Source: Macrostomum lignano (Eukaryota). From it: 29,701 nt of DNA. Both the position numbers and the translations under genes were made by a program. The notes under the pieces were generated by a model. That model made no database searches, had not been told where the DNA came from, and was given only the letters and a program-made list of their open reading frames with translations. Below are positions 18,821-29,467 of the stretch, piece after piece; the stretch's first letter is position 1, and each line of letters begins with the position of its first letter. The stretch lies in the NCBI GenBank assembly GCA_002269645.1, contig NIVC01004978.1:1-29701 (forward strand), read 5' to 3'.

Positions 18821-21800
18821 TTATGTGTGCGCTGTAGCCTTGGTCAGGTTGCCAGGGATGGGTGCTGCAGGGTGTTGCGTCACCCCATCCACATTAGGCC
18901 ATTCAGCTGTGACGTCTAAGGCGCAGTCCCCATTGCGAACGAGAGGTTTTTCAGAGTCGGATTGGCAAACCGCCTCAAACCTTCCTTCATTTTCAACCGG
19001 GCTTGGGACCGGATTTGGCGAAATTGCTGCTGTATATTGAAGGCTGTGCCGTCGTCTCCTATAAATTAGCGTTAAAGTAGAGAGAACTGCCAATATAATC
19101 GCACCAGAAACCACAAGTAGAACCAAAATCAGCCTCATCCTTTTAGGATTGGGACTTGTCTGTTCTTCCGCAGCCGACTGGGCAGCCGCATGCATCCAGC
19201 TGAGCACAGGTTGGCTCGAGTCTCCGCATCTGTTTCCGGCCGCATCCGGGAAGCTGATCAGAGCCGAAAGCTGCTCACTGCAATCCGTGAAGCTCACCAG
19301 CCCGAGTACGTCACCATCAATGGTAAGATTGACAGCTCTGAGTGAACCACAGGAGACTGAGGAGTTCGTACTCTGGACGGTATGGTTTCTGGAATCCAAA
19401 TGTCAAGAGTTGTGAAATTTGATTTAATAAGCCAGCCTATTGTTCTGACAGCAGATAAACTGCTATTCTCAAGTTCAAGAAACTCACAGCTTATCAGCAT
19501 CCTCGAACTCAGCTATTTTGCAGTCTTCTGCCCCGCAGTTCAGGTAGAAGACCTTCTTGGTCCTGTGCTCATAGAACAGTCCGATGCGAAGCCTCTGTGC
19601 GAGATTCAGCGGCTCCTTGCTGCGGGTGCTCAGGCCGGAGCCGACGCGAGTTCGCTGGCCTGAAGCCGGTGTTCAAGGAGAGTGAAATTGTGCAAGAGTT
19701 AAGCTGTGCTGCCTAAAGCTAAAACTGATGTGCATTTATTGCTTAACAATGATATTGTTCATGTTAGTCCTCACTACTGCGAGTAAGATTAGCTCATGAG
19801 AGTAGCCATGCGATATTTTATGGCAGATCCTGCCTCTACTGTGTTTAATTTTCACTAGTCTAAAAAGCCACCGGTTCACTCCAGCTTACTCTCTGTAACG
19901 AAGTTCTTCAGAGTCGTGGAGCTGTTGAAGCTGGCGAGCCTCATGACTCCGCTGTCAGCGCTCATCGCAGCCGCCAGCTCAGCAGTCAGGTTCCGACGAA
20001 CCGATCCTTTGGTGTAGCAGTTGCTCTCAAAATTAGTCATGCTTCTGCAGCAGAATCCCGGCTCCATCAGCCGAATATGTAGACCCGGAATATTCACTGA
20101 GCTTCTCCGATTCAGCCGGAATGAGACAGTCAGGTAGCTCCTACAGTTTGATGTAATGTATTGTGATTGAATTTTAAGTAAGAAATTGATTTAATAAAAT
20201 TGTGTCCAGCATCGGGGCAGCTCTATCGTACCCTTTCGTCAGTTGCAGCACGCGAAGCATCTCCAGCTCCACGGGCTTTGGCTCGCTTGTTGAAGGCGAC
20301 GAGCAAGTCGCTGGAAATGCATTGGGGTTCGCATTGCCAGGGTAAGAATCGAAGTGTTTGACTGGTTTTATCGAGTTCCAGCTGGCAGTCAGCAGCGTGG
20401 GTAAAAACCCACTGACTGCTTGTTCACAGATGCCATTCGACAACTGCTTACTTTAATAATAATAATATAATAATTGATTACACCTGCCCAATGGGCAGAT
20501 GTGCAACCGACAGCTCAGCCGCAGCTATTGCGCGGCGCGTCTGAAGTCTGCGTACGGCTGTTCAGTCCAAAGACTGCGGGGTCGACACACACCCTCACTT
20601 ATCCCAGCTAATGCTGGCACCCATTTTACAGCTGGGTGAACTGAAGCAATGCAGAGTAAAGTGTCTTGCTCAAGGACACAAATTGTTCCAGTGGGATCGG
20701 GAATCGAAACTGCGACCTTCACGTTGTGCGTCCGACGCTCTAACCACTAGGCTACAACCCCTAGACCATTACAACTGCCTTGAGTCAGCTATACTAGGCA
20801 TTTATGCAAAGGCGTGAAGTTTGATTTCATAATCACTATTTATCAACTCTCTTCGTTGGCGACCAGACGGCTAAAATTGATGCTCTAAAGGCCTGCTGTC
20901 TTCTTCAACAATTAACATTATTGCACAGCTTATAGAATATTCTCTAATTGTGATCAAAGCGCTGCTTACCGTCCGAAGCCTTCGAGTGCAGTTCGTATCG
21001 CATCGGTTGTTGCTGTGCAGCTGAATCCACAGATTTTGTCCGCCTCCACTCGTTTACGCAAGCCTCCGTGTCAAAGCCAGTCAGAACCACAACGGAATTG
21101 TCAAGGTGGTCAGTCAGAATCTTCCATTTGCAGTTGAGCCCTTCTTCAGGCACAGGGTCCGCGTCAGCTTTGGGAATGATTCGATCTTCAATGAACTCGA
21201 GTTTTTTGCTGAGCTGGAACTCATTGGTGTTGCCACGCGGATAGCAGTACTGGTTGCCTGCCAGAGCTCTAAAGAAAAAAGGGCGGGAAAGTAGATTTAT
21301 TGTAAATGGACACTCAAAAGTTACTGGAAGGCCCACTTAAGATTTGGTCTACTAAAAACGTTATTTTCTGAGCTATTATTGGCAAAATGTGTTGTTGATT
21401 ATATGATTAATTGGCTTTTCGGTCGGTACTTCAGTTATTTCTCCCATACCGACCTGTAAAAAGAAAACGTTTTATATTTTAATAATGTATAGAATGTATA
21501 GTAATATATTATTATCATTAGCTATGCTCTATACGCATGTACGTGTAGAAATGCCATCCATCGATTTTGGGGCAACATTCTAGCGGAATTCAATACGATA
21601 AAATGGGTGAGTATCTACTTACCATCCTACTGATAAGTAGAAAGACAAGAAAATATCGCGTGTAGAACAAGTTCTGTTTATCCAGCTACAGCACTATGAT
21701 ATAATCCAATTAACTTTCGTACATTAATGTACATTGACAGCGCAAGCCTCGCAAGGACAGGTCCCCAAAGAACAATCCCACAGCGGGCAGCCCCACAAAG

Positions 21801-21998
21801 GACAGCCCCAATTAGTATGGCGCCCCCAGAGTAGCATCCCAAAACATTCTGCCTACCTTTAAGCAAATGTTAATCCGCAAAAAAATCCCAGTTGGTTTAA
21901 TGAATGAAGCGTCGCATCACTCACATTTGAAATGTGGCAGACAGCAGCAGAAGAGTCGCCAGGCTTCTGCCCATCACTATCTGCAGATTCAGTCGCAT
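18821..21998 (-). CDS. Paralog C: type-I membrane protein with signal peptide, CUB-like domain, CTLD-like domain, TM and 79-aa tail (480 aa, 6 exons)
   Basis: Exons (minus): 21925-21998 (MRLNLQIVMGRSLATLLLLSATFQ), 20970-21268, 20232-20310, 19890-20140, 19488-19659, 18821-19388. Total 1443 nt, fully open, intron phases 2-1-2-1-2, canonical donors and acceptors. TM LILVLLVVSGAIILAVLSTLTLIY is followed by stop-transfer RRRRH. Confidence 0.88.
20454..20760 (-). mobile_element. tRNA-derived CORE-type SINE in intron 2 of paralog C (duplicate of the copy in A)
   Basis: Nearly identical to 2553-2857 and at the same intron position. Confidence 0.85.
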
Positions 21999-22073
21999 GT
22001 CGGACGCTTCCGGCACCTAAAAATCCCGATGTGAGGTGGACGCTGCATGCAGGAGATTCTGTGTCCGCTCAGC

Positions 22074-22100
22074 ATTTATAGGTAAAGACGTGAAACTGCC
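22074..22100 (-). promoter_or_regulatory. Putative core promoter of C
   Basis: Identical to the A promoter. Confidence 0.55.
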
Positions 22101-23595
22101 GAACAAGCTGGATATTCGTAGATGCCATCAAAACTTCTTGTACACGTACGAGCGTACTTCTAATCACTTCTAATCGCTTAGCAATCCGATTTCTGTTTTA
22201 GTACCCGGATGTAGTGACAGTTAACTTGGCTTTTTGTTAACCCAACCCTGAGACCAAGGAATTTCACATGCAATAAGCGTCTTGATTTGACTTTTTATTT
22301 GATTTTAAATATAATATTGCATCTGGTGAGACAGGCTCAGTCTTTGCTCTGACTTACATGAGCAAAATTACATTCTAGTGACTCTAATGAACCCCTGTAG
22401 CTATGATACTACATGCAAAGAAAGTAATCAGGTACGTTGAATTCAAAAATAATTTTGCAACAGAAGTACAATACACACAGCCCCTAAGGACTCGAGAACG
22501 GGAATGCCTGTTAATCGAACGATGGTAGAAAATTCTGCGGTAACAAAAAATATTTTGTTTAACATTCTTAACCATTTTTGCTTCCTTCTATCTGATCTTT
22601 CCTTAAACAAATCTCATTTGACAAAAAAGGACTCTTAACATTGCCATCAAATTATGCTCAAATTTCTTAAAAATTATGGCAACTAAGTGTGCACGAAACT
22701 AAACTCACTGTCCATGTGGACTCACACTCACCAAGAGATGTTGGCCAACTCCAACTTCTTGCAGACTTTATAAGAGAAAATTTAGGAGGGGAGCACCGTG
22801 GAAAACCCATGATTTTATAGGCCAAGCCGCGGTAACTCTCAGGAAGATCCAAGTGAAACCCACGGCTTATCCGCGGTGAATTTTCTCTAAAGCAGCGAGT
22901 TTTCCCTCCTTTCAAGTACAACTAAAAGGCAATTCCATGTCTCTCCCATGGATAGTCAGTAGAATTGTTAAAGTAGAGGGTTGAATTATAGGAGTGCAGG
23001 TGTATGCGTGCGCACAGTTGCCGCCCTGTACCATACTATTGTACGTAGCATGCGAGGAAAGAGAAGCAGAGGACGCACGCTCGATCTGTATCGTGCATGC
23101 GCTTTCAGACCAAGCGTGCACTGTTCATTATATGCCGCATAATGTCAGTGCTGTGCAAAAAAGGGGACTTTAGTTTACCGAGAACTTGGAGTTCTTTATT
23201 TTTTGTTCTTTCTAAAGGTGGTGAAATAAAAAAATTACATGCATACAGATCCCACAAATAGTTCGTAAATAATAATAGCCTGCCGTTCAGCTCAAAGCAG
23301 TCAACTGCAGGGAATAAAATAAAAATTACAAGCAAGTGACATTGGGTCTGGCGGATGTCCTTATTGTCGAAGTTAAGAGACTAAAATTTTCTTTATGGGT
23401 TCTATCGGGATTCACAAGGTTTTTCAAAATGTATTTATGATTTCTTCTTTTAGTTTATTTCAACAACGAGCAGTGCGAGCTAAAAGTACTGTGGTGCAGA
23501 AACAGCTTGAGTATTAGTTTCATAGCTCTCATTTAGTCTTTTTTGGTGGAAAACTTTAGCTAGAACTTTAGGATATGTTCCACATTATCTCGATT

Positions 23596-23971
23596 CTGCA
23601 TTCCCCAGATTTTAGCTCGTACATTCCCCCAGATTTTACGTTCCCGCAGCTTTCACATTCCTAAGATTTGCATCTCCCAGATTTCACATTCCTTAAATTT
23701 TACATTCCTCCAATTCTACATTTCTTAGATTTCACTTTCTCCAACTTTTACATTCCACGAATTTTGCACCCCCAGCTTTCACATTTCGCAGATTTTGCTT
23801 TTCTCCATGTTTCACATTCCCAGATTTTGCATTCCTCCATATTTTACATTCCTAAGATTTCAAATTCCTAAGATTTCAAATTCCTATGATTTCAAATTCC
23901 TAAGATTTCAAATTCCTAAGATTTTACATTCCACAGATCTTACATTCCCCAAATTATACATTCCCAGATTT
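23596..23971. repeat. 16-bp minisatellite upstream of C
   Basis: Duplicate of 5688-6063. Confidence 0.9.
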
Positions 23972-26900
23972 CCCGGCGTCGCAAGGAAACAACAAGATAC
24001 GCTGTCAGAGTCCTTTGACGGTAGCAGCACAAGTCGCAAAGAAAAGCCACGTCGCCGATTGAATCCGGGGCGCCGGCGTCAGACAGCAGGCTGGAGACAA
24101 GGCGCGAACCCGCGATACGTGCATGGGACAGCTTGATTTTGCCAGCCGCTCTCACCCCATGTACGCAAGGCGAACCCCAGAGCTATTTTTAGCAACACAT
24201 CTGTATAGTGCCATTTGAATGTGAAAGTGCAAGAGGATTCTCTGGTCTGTGTTGAACGCTCTTTAATTTTTAAACGTTTGCGTTATTAACAAGTTTTTTC
24301 TGTTATCTTCTGCTTGCATGGCAGAAAGACTTTCAAACACTCTGGCCTGTAAAGGCTCTATTATGAGTGAGGCCCAAATCTCAGAATTCGCAGCACAGAA
24401 TATTCAAAGCAGGGTATTTGATAGTCAACAGGAACGCATAGGCACAATGCAAAAATGCATAGTTTGAGTGTAGCGTTACAGCTCAACGAAGTTTCTCTCT
24501 GTGCCCTGCCCTCAACGCATTTTGTTGGGAGTCTTCTGTGTCACGCGTTCGCAGGCTGCTGGCTGCTGCAGCCTCTAATCTCGGAAACAGTTATTAAAAA
24601 AATAAACAATGCTGAAAATGAAACGGAATGAAATGAAATTTCATTGCCATGTGCATGCTATATGCGCTAGTAAATTTATTACATTTTTGATGGGTTTCGA
24701 CCTTTGGGCTCCTTGTTAGGGAAGCCTTCGGGCCTCAGGCTCAGAAATAAATCAATTAGAGCCCTGGCCCCCCACTCCTGTCAGATGGTCAGCCCCATGG
24801 TAGCTTGATCGTGTGGCGAGCAGTCTTGGTCCTATAGCTAAGAGAGGGACAGCGAGAGACAAGCAGGGAGAATTTTGAAGGTAGAAATTAGTTAATCCGC
24901 AGATTAGCTAACTCGCTGCCACCAGCCCGTACGTCCTGGCTCACCACACCGGGACTCTCGAAATCGGGCTTCCGACTAGAAGGGGCTTTGCACTTACCTT
25001 GCAACTAGTGTCTTTTTGCTGTCAATCTCGAAGTCATAGCCGATGATAAGGGACACTGCTGGGACTAGATCGCATTGGCCATGCAGGTACAGGGGGACTT
25101 GTGCAGGGGATTCTTGCAGTGGCGAGTCTATGGGGTAGCTACATGTACTATTACATTGCTAAATACGAAGATATGTACTTTTGGCCTTCAACGCGCCAAC
25201 TAGCCTATCATAGCGCTGATGATAGGCTAACTCGAACTTCAGAGACCTCGCATGATTCATTTACCCGAGCCGCTTGGCTACCCTAGAGTGCACAAAGTAC
25301 ATCTCTGGCGCCGATTCTGCACTTCTGGCAGTTTTGCTCACTGATTTGATAGATTGGTCGACTGAGAACCGCCTTGCCATTGGTCCACTGTGACCGGCGC
25401 CTACTAGCTTAGCTACTCATCTGAGCCATCGGCGAACAAAGAAATAAAGCCGATAAAAATAACTGTTAGTTTTAACCTTCTCCTTAGATCACTTCACACC
25501 TCAGATTGAATTGGAGTTTTAGACTACTAGCAGTATTATTGAATGATTTCTGCCTCAGCAACAGCACTTATTGAACAAAATGAGCAAAAGTGTGCGCCTA
25601 ATTCAGCTACTGAAAAAGGGGACAGATAAGGGATCACCCAATCAAGCAAGTCTAGGTAGCCTCTCACCCAACCAATCAGAAACTCAACAGCCGGAGACCA
25701 GGTAATCCACAGTGACCGAATCGGCTTGATGCTCTGCAGCTGTAGACTCGGGATGATGCTGTCACAATCTTCGCTGTTAGCTAGCAGGTGATGCTCTTCA
25801 CTTGATGTTCGCTGCTGATGACCGGGGGACTCGTCCTTGATGATGATGGGGGGGAAGTCGCAATCCGGGGATCAAGAAACGACGGTCAGGCTCCGGGAGG
25901 TCTCAAGCTAGGCCAAGGTCCCAGGAGGTTGAGGTCCGAGCGGGCCAAAAACACCGGTTTAAATAGCCGCCAACTGGACCGCAGTTTGTTATAATGGAAC
26001 ACGTTGATTCTGATTGGCTGAGCCGTTTTGTTAAAATGAGCGCCGAATTTTCTGATTGGCTAAGCTTGTTGCTACCCATAATCACGTGACCGAGAGATCC
26101 TATCAGTTCCCACAGGGTCGTAAAAAGATGACAGATGCGGCCATAAATCAATCAAAATCGCAACAAAATGATTTATGACTTTTCGCGTAGGATTGACAGA
26201 AATTGATGAAAAAATATACATTAGCAAGCTCTTATTAAATAGAAAGTGAAGATAATGAAGAGAAATTGCTAATCGCTAATCCCAAGGTACTTTTAGGGTA
26301 AAACGCATAGCTGTCAAAGCTGTCACACGCTTGAGTGAACACGAACAATAGGCTCTGACCTCATAAATCTTGATGGCCTGTCAAAATGATGAGAAAAAAG
26401 CTACCGCCCGCATCCTCTCAGACCATCTGGCACCCGCCTAAACACTGAGTGAGGCGCAGGTGGCTGTCAGACCAGCTTCGAAAGCGATGATTTATGACCC
26501 AAAAAGCTGCGCCTATGTTATTATGACTACTAGTATGACCAAACATTATATCTAGTATAGATTCTATGACAATTAACAAAAAAGGATAAAATGCCCACTG
26601 CCCACTGTTAGTAGGCTGGTAAAGTTAGAGCCCATGTGCTAGCGCGGGATTTGGATTCATCATTTTCATGACAAAACGTAAATTTCGCAAAAGGGTTACA
26701 GTTAAAATGGTTAGATTAGTAGGTACAATAATTTTGTTAAAATAATTTTGCAGGCTTTGAATTTACCTACTAATACTATTAATACCCAAAATTGTCCATG
26801 CGCTCGTTTTTTCACCACTGTTTAATTCAGCAACAAACCAAGCAGTCAATCCTTATTGCACACATCTTTCGCGTTAGTGCAGTGAAAACATCAGATGTGT

Positions 26901-27387
26901 GGAAGGATAGGGTAAAGTAGTAAATGAATTATAAACAAATGAAATATTTATAATATTTACAGCGATTACAGCATTTATAAAGCAGAAAAATTGTTGCATA
27001 ATAGTGACAGCATAAGTGTACAGTGATCACTCGCATATAACAGCTAGCGAACTTCTCACTCAATCCTCGTAGTTCATTCTTAGTAAAGCTGCTAACACTT
27101 ATTTAACACCAGCAACAAAATCATAAAATATTGTCTGTTGAATCTTCAAACCAGTCATTTACCGGATGCATCCGATGAGGAAGTGAAACTGGATTTCGAG
27201 CAAACAGACTCCATAATTATTAATGATTTTGTCTCTTTTGCAAGCGCGGATATTGGCTGATCAAAGCGAGATGATTGGCGTGACTAAATGAGAGCTGGTA
27301 GGCTTTCAAGCTGTTTTATGTGCGTGCTGTAGCCTTTGTCAGGCTACCAGGGAAAGGTGATGGGTGTTGCGTAACTCCATCCACATT

Positions 27388-29467
27388 TTAGCATTCAGCT
27401 GCGACGTCTAAGGCGCAGAATGAACCAGAGGTTTTTGGGCGTCGGATTGACAGGCCCCTCAGGCCCTCCTCCTTTTCAACGGGGCTTGGGACCGTCTTTG
27501 GCGAAGCTGCTGCTTCACGTTGAAGGCATTGCAGTTGTTTCATAAAAATTAGCGTTAAAGTAGAGAGAAATAACAATAGAATCAAACCAGCAGCCACAAA
27601 TTGAACCATAATCAGCCTCATCCGTTCAGGACTGGGACTTGTTTGCTCTTCTTCCGCAGCCGGCTGGGCAGCCGCAAGCATCCAGTTGAGCACAGGTTGG
27701 CTCCAGTCTCCGCATCTGTTTCTGGCCGCATCCGGGAAGCTGATCAGAGCCGGCAGCTGCTCACTGCAGTCCGTAAAGCTCACCAGCCCGAGTACCTCAC
27801 CATCAATGGTAAGATTGACAGCTCTGAGTGAACCACAGAAGACTGAGGAGTTCGTACTCTGGACGGTATGGTTTCTGGAATCCAAATGTCAAGAGTTGTG
27901 AAATTTGATTTAAGTAGCGAGCCAATTGTTCTGACAGCAGATAAACTGCTATTCTCAAGTTAAGAAACTCACAGCTTATCAGCATCCTCGAACTCAGCCA
28001 TTTTGCAGCCTTCTGCCCCGCAGTTCAGGTAGAAGACCTTCTTGGTCCTGTGCTCATAGAACAGTCCGATGCGAAGCCTCTGTGCGAGATTCAGCGGCTC
28101 CTTGCTGCGGGTGCTCAGGCCGGAGCCGATGCGAGTTCGCCGGCCTGAAGCCGGTGTTCAAGTGGAGTGAAATTGTGCAAGAGTTAAGCTGTGCGGTCTA
28201 CAGCTAAAATTGATGTGCATTTATCGCTAAACAGTGATATTGTTCCTGTTAATTCTTACTACTGCCAGTAGGATAAACTCAACGAGTAGCATTGCGATGC
28301 TTTATTTCTGATTCTATCTTACTGGCTTGAAGTTTTGTTAAGTGTTCAGAAACCAACCGCTTCATTTCAGCTTACTCTCTGTTACGAAGCTCTGCAGAGC
28401 CGCGGAGCTGTTGAAGCTGGCGAGCCTCATGACTCCGCTGTCAGCGCTCATCGCAGCCAGCTCAGCAGTCAGGGACCGACGAACCGATCCTGTGGTGTAG
28501 CAGTTGCTCTCAAAATTAGTCATGTTTCTGTCGCAGAATCCCGGCTCCATCAGGCGAATTTGTAGACCGGGATATTCGCTGAGCTGCTCCGATTCAACCG
28601 AAATGAGACAGTCAGGTAGCTCCTACAGTTTCGTGTAGAGCACAGTGATTAGTTTGGAGTAAGGAAAAGATTTTTTAAAAATAGTTCAGCATCGGGCCAG
28701 CTCTATCGTACCCTTTCGTCAGTTGCAGCACCCACAACATCTCCAATTCAACTGGCTTTGGCTCGCTTGTGGAAGAGCAAGTCGCTGGAAAGTTCAAGTT
28801 TCATTGGGAGTTGACTGCTTTTATCGAGTACCGGCTAGAAGTCTGTATCTGTAGTGTGGCACTAAAACCTACAGACTTCTCGCACACACTTGCCATTAAA
28901 CAAGTACAGACTTCACTACTGCACTATGCATTTATGCGTCGCGTGAAGTTCGTTTTTGTCATCTCTACTATTTGTTTTCAACTTCCTTAAACTGTATAAA
29001 GCCTTCTGTTGGTAATTAACTGAATGAACGTCAATAAACCGCTTTTAGATGTTCTGTTTCTAGCTCGTAGCAAAAGACTAACTGCATGCGAACAGGAAAT
29101 ACAAGTTAGAACTGGACAAAATTAAATATTATAATATATCTGTAATTGTGCTCGAAGCTTGCTCTACTTACAATCCGAATCATTCGAGTGCAGTTGGTAT
29201 CGCATCGGTTGATGTTGTACAGGTGAATCCACAGATCTTTTCCACCTCCGCTTGCTTAGGTACGCCTTCGTGTCAAAGCCAGTCAGAACCACAACGGCTT
29301 TGTCAAGATGGTCAGTCAGAATTTTCCATTTGCAGTTGAGGCCTTCCTCAGGCACGGGCTCTCCGTAAGTTTTAGGTATGATTCGATCCTCAATTAAATC
29401 CAGTTTTAAGCTGAGCTGCAACACAGTGATGCCACGCGGATAGCAGTAATGGTAGCCTGCCTGAGCT
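27388..29467 (-). pseudogene. Paralog D (5'-partial, exon 1 beyond window): same receptor family, with a 1-bp frameshift in exon 4 and a truncated tail as assembled
   Basis: Exons (minus): 29172-29467, 28712-28784, 28376-28622, 27973-28144, 27388-27874. Exon 4 is 247 nt, 1 nt short in a C-run (tgtagaccggg vs tgtagacccgg in C), giving a premature TGA. Exon 6 has two 1-bp C-run deletions relative to B and an in-frame TAA at 27388. It could be an intact gene with sequencing errors. Confidence 0.75.

Larger units (their letters stand above)
19150..27240. repeat. Segmental duplication copy 2
   Basis: Counterpart of 1250-9330; see that entry. Confidence 0.95.

Noticed and set aside
18821-19060. 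ITIM/ITAM motifs in the cytoplasmic tails
   Set aside because: The only tyrosines (LQYTAA in C, SGYSTH in B) do not fit YxxL/I/V.
991-29339. Plus-strand ORFs overlapping the exons (e.g. 1485-1766, 3206-3394, 9616-9846, 12628-13077) and minisatellite ORFs (5760-6228, 23668-24136)
   Set aside because: They are antisense shadows of the minus-strand exons or products of low-complexity repeats, with no recognisable protein features.
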